Source: Aquifex aeolicus VF5
Lineage (GTDB): Bacteria > Aquificota > Aquificia > Aquificales > Aquificaceae
Reading direction: 5' to 3'
DNA length: 32,000 nt
Assembly: GCF_000008625.1 (NCBI RefSeq)
Contig: NC_000918.1
Span: 1,050,001 to 1,082,000 of the forward strand
Shown one piece after another: positions 17,709 to 26,237 of this stretch (the stretch's first letter is position 1; every line of letters begins with the position of its first letter). The notes beneath the pieces were generated by a model. The model worked only from the letters and a program-made list of their open reading frames with translations, was not told the DNA's origin and did not search any database. The position numbers were made by a program, and so were the translations under genes.

Positions 17709-18825
17709 AAAGCAGAAGGTAAAGAGGAAGGAGTGCGTCCCAGAAGAAGGTAAACACAGACTGGATTAAATGCAATCCCAAGGGAACGGAAAGAAGATAG
17801 GTATAAATATCTTCCTCTCTTTTTATTCTGAAGGAAAGTACCTTTTTAAAGTACATAAAGTAGATGTAAAGGATTCCAAGTAATCCTAAAATTCCCCTTT
17901 CTATGAATTCTGAAACTATAAAAATGGACTCGTACCTATGCTGGGTCATTCCGTACCTGTGGGGCATATACTCGCCCGCCCTTACTCCGTGTCCTATCAA
18001 AAGATTGATAAACCTTTTATTCTCAATATCTTCTTTTATTATTGAAATTCCCTCCAGAAGCAAGTTTAACCTTCCAGAGGAAATACTATTTAAATTCTGG
18101 TAATTTAATTCTTTCTTTCCCAGAATTATGTCGTTTAAAGTTTTAAACCTGTGATCTTTTTGTGAAAGGTATACGTATCCTCCTATAAAAGATAAAATTA
18201 TTAAAAAGTTTACACTCCAAAAAGCTAATTTTCCCAATTTTTTACTCTTAAATAGAACAAATAATATGAGATAAAATATCACAAAAAAAGCAAGCATCAT
18301 GGAGCGTCTGGCAGATAGGAATATTACGGCTAAAAATAGAAGAAATAAAGGTATGTAAATAAACCTTCTTTCCTTGAAAAAGAGTAAAAAGGTCGTTATG
18401 GAAAAGAGTGCGTAGAAAAACCCAACTTCGAAGGTTCCGCCCCATATCGGTTTGGGCTCACCGTACTTGTAGAATTTGTAAAAAACTACAGGAAGAAGAA
18501 TTAAAGAAATTCCGAGTAAAAGTTTTGGAAATATTTTTGAAAATCCTTTCACCTCTTCTTTTTTTAGGTTTAAAAAGTAAATAAACTGGAACAGTCCCTC
18601 TTCTATTCCCTTCAGAAATCTTTTAGGGTAAAAGATAGCTGTGGATAATACCGTTGAAAGAGAGTACAAAAGAATTCCAGGTGTTAAACTGCCCTTAATT
18701 TTTCTTTCTTTCAGGATTTTGTAAAGAACAAGTAATAAAGTAAGAATGACAAATCCTTCGAAAAGGCTTATAGATAAGAAAGCTGATATAACTAATGCGT
18801 ACAAAAGTACTTCATTTCTACTCAT
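17668..18825 (-). CDS. O-antigen ligase / polymerase-like (Wzy_C-type) polytopic membrane protein
   Basis: About 10 or more hydrophobic helices and a central segment LSARRSMMLAFFVIFYL reminiscent of the Wzy_C/O-antigen ligase domain. I prefer the ATG at 18825 (the TTG at 18834 is also possible). The family call is moderate. Confidence 0.5.
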   Translation of the reverse strand: MSRNEVLLYALVISAFLSISLFEGFVILTLLLVLYKILKERKIKGSLTPGILLYSLSTVLSTAIFYPKRFLKGIEEGLFQFIYFLNLKKEEVKGFSKIFPKLLLGISLILLPVVFYKFYKYGEPKPIWGGTFEVGFFYALFSITTFLLFFKERRFIYIPLFLLFLAVIFLSARRSMMLAFFVIFYLILFVLFKSKKLGKLAFWSVNFLIILSFIGGYVYLSQKDHRFKTLNDIILGKKELNYQNLNSISSGRLNLLLEGISIIKEDIENKRFINLLIGHGVRAGEYMPHRYGMTQHRYESIFIVSEFIERGILGLLGILYIYFMYFKKVLSFRIKREEDIYTYLLSVPLGLHLIQSVFTFFWDALLPLYLLLFKAFETLQDERKP

Positions 18826-19474
18826 TTTCAACAAATTCTACCATTTTTTCTTTATTTCCGAGGACTAAAAGCGTATCTTCTTTATCGAGTACGTAATCTC
18901 CTGAGGGGTTGACTACTATCTTTCCATCGGGTTTTTTTACGGCGAGAACTGTAATGTCGTAGCGTTTCCTGAGGTCGAGTTCTTTTAAGCTCTTGCCGTG
19001 GAAGTTTTCAGGAGTTTTTATTTCAAAGATACTGTAACCCGGGGCAAAGGGTATCTCTTCTATGAGTCCTTTCAGGAGAAGGGAGTGTGCCAGCTTTATC
19101 GCTGTTTCCATTTCGGGGTAAACTACCCTAGCAACTCCTAGTCTTTCCAGAACCTTTCCGTGAAGCTGGTTTATGGCCTTTGCCACTATTTCTTTCACAC
19201 CTTTTTCTTTGAGTATTACTACCACAAATATACTCGCCTCCACGTTCTGACCTATACTCACAATTGCCGTGTCAGCGTTGAAAACACCTGCCTCCTCCAG
19301 AGCTTTCTCATCAAGAGCATCTGCAACGTAGGCGTGCGTAACGATTTCGGAAATTTGTTTAACCTTGTTTTCATCTACGTCAACGGCTATCACTTCTGCT
19401 CCGAGTTCCGCTAAAGTTTTCGCAACGTAAAACCCGAACCTCCCCAAACCTATTACCGTGAAAATCCTCTTCAT
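18818..19474 (-). CDS. trkA: Trk/Ktr potassium uptake system NAD-binding subunit (TrkA/KtrA)
   Basis: Rossmann motif VIGLGRFGFYVAKTL (GxGxxG), then an RCK_N domain followed by an RCK_C domain (LKELDLRKRYDITVLAVKK). Confidence 0.85.
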   Translation of the reverse strand: MKRIFTVIGLGRFGFYVAKTLAELGAEVIAVDVDENKVKQISEIVTHAYVADALDEKALEEAGVFNADTAIVSIGQNVEASIFVVVILKEKGVKEIVAKAINQLHGKVLERLGVARVVYPEMETAIKLAHSLLLKGLIEEIPFAPGYSIFEIKTPENFHGKSLKELDLRKRYDITVLAVKKPDGKIVVNPSGDYVLDKEDTLLVLGNKEKMVEFVENE

Positions 19475-20802
19475 ACTAAAATCCTTGCCTCCGGATACTT
19501 AATCCTCTGCACTTCAGACCTGCCCGTGAGAGCTAGGGCAAAACCCAGAATGCCCAACCTTCCCACAAGCATCGTAATTATTATCACAATTTTCCCAAGC
19601 GGCGAAAAATCCGCACAGAAACTCAAGCCTTCCGGATTTCCGATGGAAAGCCCTACGGTGGAAAAGGCAGAAACTACTTCAAACATCGTGTAAAGAAAGT
19701 CCTTATTCTCAAACTTATCGAGCATCAGGTTAACGAAGTTTATAAAGAAAATTGAGAGCGAGAGTATAACGAGAGCCTTCTTTATAGTGCTTTCGGGAAC
19801 ACTCCTTTCGAATATCACGCTCTGTTCCCTTCCTCTTACAAAGGAGTAAACGGCTATAAGAATAACAACGAATGTAGTCGTTTTTATGCCTCCTCCCGTG
19901 CCTCCCGGAGAAGCACCTATAAACATTAATATCATTAATAAAAACTGGGAAGATTCACTCATATCTATTAAATCCACGGTACTAAACCCTGCAGTCCTTG
20001 AAGAAACGCTCATAAAGTAAGAGGAGAGAATCCTTTCGTACCAGTCGTACTGCCACAGTCCTTTATAATTTCCGAACTCCGTGAATATAAGTCCCACCGT
20101 TCCCAGAAGGATTAATAAAACACTCGTTATCATAACAAGCTTTGTATGAACTGAAAGTCTTGGAACCTTTTTTGTGTACCAGAGGTATATATCGTTTACC
20201 ACGAAAAAACCTATTCCTCCGAGTATTATCAGGAAAGAAATAACAAGGTTTACGAATAAATCTCCACGGAAATCCAGAAGTCCATTTTTGAAAGTTGAAA
20301 AACCCGCGTTGTTAAACGCGGAAACCGAGTGAAAGATGCCGTTAAAAACTGGGTCTTCTACACCTTTTAGGGAAAAGTAAATACTGAGTAAAATCGCTCC
20401 CGTGAGTTCCGTAATGAAGACAAAGGAAAATACTCTCTTGAGGAATCTTATTAATCCGTGCATACTCGGGTATTCCAGAGATTCAGCGAGTATAAGTCTC
20501 TCTTTGAGTCCTATTCTGCGTCCGAGGAGAACCAAAAAGAAGGTTGAAAGTGTCATGTATCCGAGTCCGCCGACCTGAATGAGGAAAAGGATTACGAGTT
20601 TGCCAAAAAGGGTAAAGTCCGAGTAAGTGTCCAGAACCGCGAGTCCTGTAACAGTTACCGCCGAGGTTGCGGTAAAGAGGGCATCTAAGAAGGATATTGG
20701 TCTAGTTGTGGAAATGGGAAGGTATAAAAGCAAAGCACCGACTAGTATAAGGAGGGAGAAGGAAAAGAGAAGTGTACGAGATGGGTTTAACTTTTTTACC
20801 AC
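19471..20802 (-). CDS. trkH: Trk/Ktr potassium transporter membrane subunit (TrkH/KtrB)
   Basis: 443 aa and polytopic. It has repeated pore-loop motifs (TATSAVTVTGL, NAGFS, RTAGFST, STVGLS) characteristic of the TrkH/KtrB family. GTG start, with a 4-nt overlap with trkA. Confidence 0.85.
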   Translation of the reverse strand: MVKKLNPSRTLLFSFSLLILVGALLLYLPISTTRPISFLDALFTATSAVTVTGLAVLDTYSDFTLFGKLVILFLIQVGGLGYMTLSTFFLVLLGRRIGLKERLILAESLEYPSMHGLIRFLKRVFSFVFITELTGAILLSIYFSLKGVEDPVFNGIFHSVSAFNNAGFSTFKNGLLDFRGDLFVNLVISFLIILGGIGFFVVNDIYLWYTKKVPRLSVHTKLVMITSVLLILLGTVGLIFTEFGNYKGLWQYDWYERILSSYFMSVSSRTAGFSTVDLIDMSESSQFLLMILMFIGASPGGTGGGIKTTTFVVILIAVYSFVRGREQSVIFERSVPESTIKKALVILSLSIFFINFVNLMLDKFENKDFLYTMFEVVSAFSTVGLSIGNPEGLSFCADFSPLGKIVIIITMLVGRLGILGFALALTGRSEVQRIKYPEARILV

Positions 20803-22886
20803 TTGAGTTCGTTGGCTTTTGAGTAGGTCTGAGGCTTTGCCTGGAAGAAGTCCGTTTTAGTGTTGTTTATCTTTCTAAACTCGTCTATCCACTTTAAGGG
20901 GTTTTCTGTAACCTCTGGATATATCGGATCAAAGCCGATCTGAGTAATCCTCAGGTTTCCGAGATACTTTATATACCTCTCTATCAAGACGTCGTTAATA
21001 CCGAGTATCTGGTTCTGGGTAACATACTGCCCCCATTTGATTTCTTCGTTCACCGCGTACTTGAAGTACTCCACTATCCACTTTTCTATCTCAGGCGTAA
21101 ATAATTCGGGATTTTCTTTCCTGAGTGTGTTTATTATGTTCCTGAAGAGCGTAACGTGGCAGTTGCCCGCAATACAAACGCTGTCTTTGTATCTCACAAC
21201 TATGTTCCCTTTGGGAACGCTCACGCAGTACACCTTACCTTTGTAGTAGAACTCTTCCTTCACCATTGTTTGGGTATTTATGTAGTCGTCCTCTAGGTAA
21301 ATCCATATCCTGTAAACGGGGTTTTTCGCCTTCGGATTTCTCTCTCTACTGACAACAGTTCTCATACCTCCCAGAGCACAAAGTGCCTGCACAAAGTCCT
21401 TGTTTCTTTTTTCTTTTGTGGAGTAATAATAAACCTTCTTTTTATTCCTGTCTTTCGGAATGTGTCCGTCCCACTTGACGAGTTCTTCCACAAATTCCCT
21501 TATCCATTCTTCCGTTATCTCATCAAGTCTCACCCATTCGTCAAAGAACTTAGTAGGCTTTATCGGAAGGTCATTCGGATAGTAAACTGTGTAAGCAATT
21601 CCGTCTTGGCGCTCGTACTTTTTCCATTTAATTCCGTAAGGTGCACATTCATTGAGTATTTTTTCAAACTCGTTAATCTTTCTATACTTTGAGAAGAAGA
21701 ACTTTAATTGTTGGAAGCCTGTGAACTTTCCATTTCTCTTACTGTCTATTGTCCCGTCCGCCTGAAGAACTATCAGGAGTTTTTCTATCGGTGTTAACTT
21801 ATTCTTCACAGCACTCCTCGTTTTAAGAGTTATACCTTTTCCGCTTACGAGTTCCCAGAGGTCGTACTCTTCCACTTCTCCCGTGTACCTTCCCGCAACG
21901 GGAATTGCAGAGTAGGGATGTAGTTTTACCTTTTCTATCGGTTCCTTTCTCTCCTTTCCTGTTTTCAGGTTCCTTACTATGAACTCGTGCCCTTCAGTAG
22001 CTACTACTTCCCAGTTGCTTTTAGGATGTTTTAATCTGTACATAGAACCCTCGTAATCCCTTTCAACGTAGGCGTAAGGTTTTGTCCAGGAAATTTCCCC
22101 TGTTTCTATATCGTACTGAGCTACAAGATCGTCTTCCCTCAGCTCCCTGAAATCAACGAACCCCCTCTTCGTCAAAACCTCCGTTCCCTCAATGAAGCAG
22201 AGCTCATCCCTGTTGATATATTTGATTTGCTGTACAGTGTTTCTCATTTTGCCCTGTCTTCCCAGTGTGTAGAAGAAGGCAAATCCAGAGTAAAAGTACA
22301 GGCTCTCGAGTATGTAGTTCCCTATTGTTGCCTTTATAAAGTTTTCTTCGTTGGGTTTTCTAATGAATTCGTTGTACAGCTCTGCTATTACTTTATTCCT
22401 TTCCAGAAGTCTTTCATCCTCCCGCCAGTAGTTGTAAATCTCGTCCGCTTTAACCGGATCAACTACAGACTCGAGTATGAACTGGTAAGAGTACGCGTGG
22501 ACGGATTCCTGAAATTCCTGAGCTGTTATGGCCATTTCTACTTCGGGGGCGGTTATCATCCTTCCGAACTCTTTAAGCATGTCCACTTGAAAGGAGTCAA
22601 GGGCTATGAGGAAGGAAAGGACGAGTTCGTATGCCCTCTTTTCGTAGTCTGATAGAACGGTCTCGTACTGTTTCCTGTCTTCAAGCATCTGTATCTCTTC
22701 GGGTATCCAGAAGTTTGTAAAGCCCATTAACTTGTAAAGGTCAAAAGCCCAGGAATACTTTATCTCGTTAAGTTCAAATATGTTTGTCGGGTTTCCCTTT
22801 ATTATCTTCCTTTTGCTCGCCTCCCTGTCTCCTTGAGGGTTGAAAATGAGTTTTCTGACAAGCTCATTTTTTTCTGTCTTTTCCAT
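20796..22886 (-). CDS. nrdB: Class I ribonucleotide reductase beta (R2) subunit, interrupted in frame by a 346-aa intein
   Basis: R2 di-iron/tyrosyl motifs ALDSF, QEFQESVHAYSY (EXXH plus radical Tyr) and ESLYFYSGF. The second motif RDEL | intein | CH is split. The extein total of 350 aa is typical of R2. SD GGAGGT precedes the ATG at 22886. Confidence 0.9.
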   Translation of the reverse strand: MEKTEKNELVRKLIFNPQGDREASKRKIIKGNPTNIFELNEIKYSWAFDLYKLMGFTNFWIPEEIQMLEDRKQYETVLSDYEKRAYELVLSFLIALDSFQVDMLKEFGRMITAPEVEMAITAQEFQESVHAYSYQFILESVVDPVKADEIYNYWREDERLLERNKVIAELYNEFIRKPNEENFIKATIGNYILESLYFYSGFAFFYTLGRQGKMRNTVQQIKYINRDELCFIEGTEVLTKRGFVDFRELREDDLVAQYDIETGEISWTKPYAYVERDYEGSMYRLKHPKSNWEVVATEGHEFIVRNLKTGKERKEPIEKVKLHPYSAIPVAGRYTGEVEEYDLWELVSGKGITLKTRSAVKNKLTPIEKLLIVLQADGTIDSKRNGKFTGFQQLKFFFSKYRKINEFEKILNECAPYGIKWKKYERQDGIAYTVYYPNDLPIKPTKFFDEWVRLDEITEEWIREFVEELVKWDGHIPKDRNKKKVYYYSTKEKRNKDFVQALCALGGMRTVVSRERNPKAKNPVYRIWIYLEDDYINTQTMVKEEFYYKGKVYCVSVPKGNIVVRYKDSVCIAGNCHVTLFRNIINTLRKENPELFTPEIEKWIVEYFKYAVNEEIKWGQYVTQNQILGINDVLIERYIKYLGNLRITQIGFDPIYPEVTENPLKWIDEFRKINNTKTDFFQAKPQTYSKANELKW
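21162..22199 (-). mobile_element. Intein with LAGLIDADG homing-endonuclease domain inside nrdB (residues 230-575 of the precursor)
   Basis: N-terminal splice block CFIEGTEVL and block B TEGHEF (TxxH). LAGLIDADG-type motifs are LLIVLQADGTI and FVEELVKWDGHI. The C-terminal block is VCIAGN, followed by +1 Cys (CHVTLF). Confidence 0.85.
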
Positions 22887-22991
22887 TTGGTTTACCTCCT
22901 GAAGGGTGGAGTGTTGCCCCGAAAATAAATCCTAAATCCTTCCACAGGAATTTGGAAGTAGAAAATTCATGAAAAGAGGTGTTATAATAAC

Positions 22992-23630
22992 TTAAATTTT
23001 CCTGACGAGGAATATCCCATCCCTTACCGTGAGAAGGACTTTCTCCACTCTTGGATCTTCCTTTATCATCTCGTTCATCCTTGCTATGGCTTTACTTCTG
23101 TTGTCGTCCGGTTCAAGAACTTTTCCTTCCCAGAGGGCGTTGTCTATCGCCATAAGCCTGCCCTTTTTTAGGAGTTCAAGGCACTTCTCATAATAGTAAG
23201 GGTAAGAGGACTTGTCAGCGTCTATAAAGATGAAGTCAAAGCTCTCTTTTTTAAATTCTTCAAGCACTTTTCTTGCGTCTCCCACGATTACTTCAATTTT
23301 CTTTCCCCACGGAGCTCTTTCTATGAAGCTTTTAGCCATTTGGGCGTATTCGGGATTTACCTCTATTGTCGTGAGTTTACCGTCTTCTGGAAGCCCCTGA
23401 GCCATCATGAGGGCGGAAAAGCCCGTAAATGTTCCTATCTCAAGCACTCTTTTCGCTCCCGATATTTCCACGAGCATCTTCAGGAAGTTTCCCTCCGCCC
23501 TTCCCACCATCATCTGGGGGAGGTCCGTATTTTTATAAGTAAACTCCACGAGTTCTTCCAAAATTGGGTGTAGCTCGGAAGAGTGTTCTTCAGCATAAGC
23601 CTCTATCTCTTCAGGACAAATGAACGCCAT
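22992..23630 (-). CDS. Class I SAM-dependent O-methyltransferase, family 3 (caffeoyl-CoA-OMT / YrrM-TrmR-like)
   Basis: SAM motif VLEIGTFTGFSAL, FDFIFIDADK and AIDNALW are typical of the Methyltransf_3 family. 212 aa. Confidence 0.8.
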   Translation of the reverse strand: MAFICPEEIEAYAEEHSSELHPILEELVEFTYKNTDLPQMMVGRAEGNFLKMLVEISGAKRVLEIGTFTGFSALMMAQGLPEDGKLTTIEVNPEYAQMAKSFIERAPWGKKIEVIVGDARKVLEEFKKESFDFIFIDADKSSYPYYYEKCLELLKKGRLMAIDNALWEGKVLEPDDNRSKAIARMNEMIKEDPRVEKVLLTVRDGIFLVRKI

Positions 23631-24489
23631 AATCTAAATTATAAAGTGCAAGTTCCTTTAGGATTTGTCTTACGTGTTCCTGTCCCCTTGCAGGTTCAAT
23701 AAGCTTGTTCCCGAGCTTTACACCTACAGAATAACCTTCCTTTGAGAGTTTCAGAACCAAATATGTGAGCTTGGAAAGCTTTGTTTCCAAATCCCCACTC
23801 ACGCTGTCCAGAGAAAGGATAATGGGGTTCTGTTCTTCCGTAAGCATTTCCTTTACCTTCAGTTCTCCAAGTCTTGCGGAAGCCTTCCAATGGATTAACT
23901 TCATAGGCTCACCCACGTAATCCCTTATCTCTTTCACTTCTTCATAACCTTTTACTACGCTGGAGCTTTGCTTCTCCCCCTCTTCTTCCTTCATAGTTTT
24001 GGGGTTGAAAGTGGTCGGTATGGGTTTGGGAAAGACGATTAACTTTATTCTTACATCCTTTTCATATTCCCTCCTGAACATACCGAAAGGAAAGTCGGAG
24101 CTTATCTTTACTTTTACCTTTTCGTAGTAACCTCTTTTTTGGAATAAAAACTTTATCTTTTCTGAAACCCATTCTCTTGAAACTTTAGGAAATATAACTT
24201 CATCAATTTTATTTGAAACTTTTATTAAAAAGGAGGTATATCGTGCGTTTTTCCTAAGACTAACGGTTGCAAAAGTAGGAGTTTGGGCGAAAACTTCTTC
24301 GGGAAATTTTATCCTCACATCAATATTCTTCAAGTTATAAAGGGAAATTACACCGGAAATTAGCATTCCCGCAAGAAGAAAAGAAACCACTATGTAAAGT
24401 CCGTTATTTGCAGTGTTTGCTGCAGCAACTCCTAAGAAAATCGTGAGGAGTATAAGCAATTGTCCCGCTCTATTTACCCTGACTTTCAT
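23611..24489 (-). CDS. DUF58 domain-containing membrane protein
   Basis: Two N-terminal TM helices and the DUF58 core IRDYVGEPMKLIHWKASARLGELKVKEM. Confidence 0.7.
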   Translation of the reverse strand: MKVRVNRAGQLLILLTIFLGVAAANTANNGLYIVVSFLLAGMLISGVISLYNLKNIDVRIKFPEEVFAQTPTFATVSLRKNARYTSFLIKVSNKIDEVIFPKVSREWVSEKIKFLFQKRGYYEKVKVKISSDFPFGMFRREYEKDVRIKLIVFPKPIPTTFNPKTMKEEEGEKQSSSVVKGYEEVKEIRDYVGEPMKLIHWKASARLGELKVKEMLTEEQNPIILSLDSVSGDLETKLSKLTYLVLKLSKEGYSVGVKLGNKLIEPARGQEHVRQILKELALYNLDYGVHLS

Positions 24490-25465
24490 GCCTTTGCTTC
24501 CTCAAAAGGGCATCTCCAAGTAGGTTGAAGGCGAGTATCGTTAGGAATATGGCAACTCCCGGTGAGGCAAGCCAGGGGTAAAAGGTTAGTACGCTTACGT
24601 TTCTCACCTCAGAGAGCATATTACCCCAGCTCGGAACGGGCTCCTGTATTCCGAGTCCCAAAAGCGAGAGGGAAGCCTCACCCAGTATGAAGGCAGGTAT
24701 AGACATGGTAGCGGAAACTATAAGGTAGAAGTACGTATTCGGTAGAATGTGTTTAAAGATAATCCTTAAAGAAGAAGCTCCGTAAGTTTTGGCGGCAAGG
24801 ACGAATTCCTTCTCCCTTATGGACAAAACCATCCCCCTCACCACTCTCGCAAGCCCGGCCCAACCAAGGAAAGAAAGGATAAACACGATAATCAGAAACA
24901 CTTCACCACTTGAGAGTTCTAAGGGAAATACGGAACGGAGTGAAAGTAAAAGGTAAAAGGCAGGTATGGACATTAGAATTTCCACGAGTCTCATTATCAA
25001 AGTATCTACCTTTCCCCCGAAGTAGCCAGAAATCCCTCCGACAAGAGCGCCTATAAAGAAGGTAGTAAAGGTCCCGATAAGGGCTACTCCCAAGGAGTAC
25101 CTACCGCCGTAAAGGAGTCTTGAGAATACGTCCCTTCCAAGCTTGTCCGTTCCCAGAAGGTAAAGATTGCAGGGTTTTCCAACGCTTACGAACTTAAAGC
25201 CGTACTCTGTTTTTGTAAAAAACTTCAGTCTGCAAGAAATGTTCTTATTTTCTCTGTAAACCTTAAAAAGAGAATCCACGAGCTCGTACTTGTTCACGTA
25301 AGGGAATGTTAGTTTTCCGTCCTTAAAGAAGTGTATCCTCGTGGGAGGGTGGTAAGGTGCATTTCTGTTCTGGAGTTCATAAGGATACGGAGCGAAGAAA
25401 TCCGCAAAAGTGATTAAGAAGAGTATCAGCCCAATTAAAGAGAGGGAAAACTTTACAGCGAACAT
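24470..25465 (-). CDS. ABC transporter permease, OppC/DppC family (peptide/nickel type)
   Basis: LGTDKLGRDVFSRLLYGGRYSL motif and the EAA-like loop region AAKTYGASSLRIIFKHILPN. Six TM segments. Confidence 0.85.
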   Translation of the reverse strand: MFAVKFSLSLIGLILFLITFADFFAPYPYELQNRNAPYHPPTRIHFFKDGKLTFPYVNKYELVDSLFKVYRENKNISCRLKFFTKTEYGFKFVSVGKPCNLYLLGTDKLGRDVFSRLLYGGRYSLGVALIGTFTTFFIGALVGGISGYFGGKVDTLIMRLVEILMSIPAFYLLLSLRSVFPLELSSGEVFLIIVFILSFLGWAGLARVVRGMVLSIREKEFVLAAKTYGASSLRIIFKHILPNTYFYLIVSATMSIPAFILGEASLSLLGLGIQEPVPSWGNMLSEVRNVSVLTFYPWLASPGVAIFLTILAFNLLGDALLRKQRHESQGK

Positions 25466-26124
25466 CAGTCCCAGTAACCTAATTTTAAGGAAAGTTCAAG
25501 GGCAACTTCTTGCAAGGTGGGTTTTATTTCTTTCTCCACTCTGTCAAAAGGCATCCTGTAAATGGGGGCTATTATCTCAACCGCACCGATGGGTCTTCCC
25601 CTGTAGTCCCTTACAACGCAAGCCCCGCCCGCTATTTCCGTCTGGGTGTTGTACTCGTAATCAAATACAAAACCTTTCTCTCCGAGGACCGCCTTTCTGA
25701 GGGCTTTAGCGGAAGCGGTGTAGGCGTCAAGGTCAAATCTCATCCCGAGACGGGATTTCACCTTTACGGGTTTTATCGTTTCTTCTTCTATGACGTAAAC
25801 CACGTACTTTTTCTGGTCGTCAAGGACTGTTAAGTTTACCGTCTCAAGGAGCTTAAAGCGGAGATTTTTAAAAACGGGTTCGGAAAGTTTTATAAGGGGG
25901 TTTTTCTGTATGTAGCCGTATCCCAGTCTTACGGAATTCACTCCGAGTTTGTACTTTTCGGTTTCGGGGTCCTTTTCAACAAGTCCGTGCTCTTCAAAGG
26001 TAATGAGTGCCCTGAAGACGTTGTTTTTACTGAGGTTTAAGTGTTCGCTTATCTCAGTTACACCCGCCTCCCCCTTCTCCATCAGGTACTCAAGAACTGA
26101 AAAGGCTTTCTCTAGGGTTTTCAT
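25465..26124 (-). CDS. IclR-family transcriptional regulator
   Basis: N-terminal winged HTH (LEKAFSVLEYLMEKGEAGVTEISEHLNLSKNNVFRALITFEEHGLVEK) and a C-terminal IclR effector-binding-like domain. It is divergent from icd. Confidence 0.85.
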   Translation of the reverse strand: MKTLEKAFSVLEYLMEKGEAGVTEISEHLNLSKNNVFRALITFEEHGLVEKDPETEKYKLGVNSVRLGYGYIQKNPLIKLSEPVFKNLRFKLLETVNLTVLDDQKKYVVYVIEEETIKPVKVKSRLGMRFDLDAYTASAKALRKAVLGEKGFVFDYEYNTQTEIAGGACVVRDYRGRPIGAVEIIAPIYRMPFDRVEKEIKPTLQEVALELSLKLGYWD

Positions 26125-26183
26125 ACTTAAAGATTTTACCTCTAGAGATTTATAACAAAAATCAAAAAGTGTTTTAAATTAAC

Positions 26184-26212
26184 TTGACACACTTCTTCAA
26201 AATGAATAAAAT
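26184..26212 (+). promoter_or_regulatory. Sigma-70-type promoter for icd (TTGACA, 17 nt, TAAAAT)
   Basis: TTGACA lies at 26184-26189 and TAAAAT at 26207-26212, with a 17-nt spacer. It sits about 26 nt upstream of the icd ATG, and GGAGGAG lies at 26227-26233. Confidence 0.5.
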
Positions 26213-26237
26213 TACACTCTACTTTCGGAGGAGAGCG

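Noticed and set aside
22887-22991. Riboswitch (B12) or NrdR box upstream of nrdB
   Set aside because: The gap is only 105 nt. I found no B12-box-like or ACACxATATATxGTGT-like element, only a 6-bp hairpin.
26184-26237. Upstream TTG start for icd (444-aa version, MTHFFKMNKITLYFRRRA...)
   Set aside because: The TTG is the first three bases of the TTGACA -35 hexamer. The extra residues are not ICDH-like. ATG 26238 has a GGAGGAG SD.
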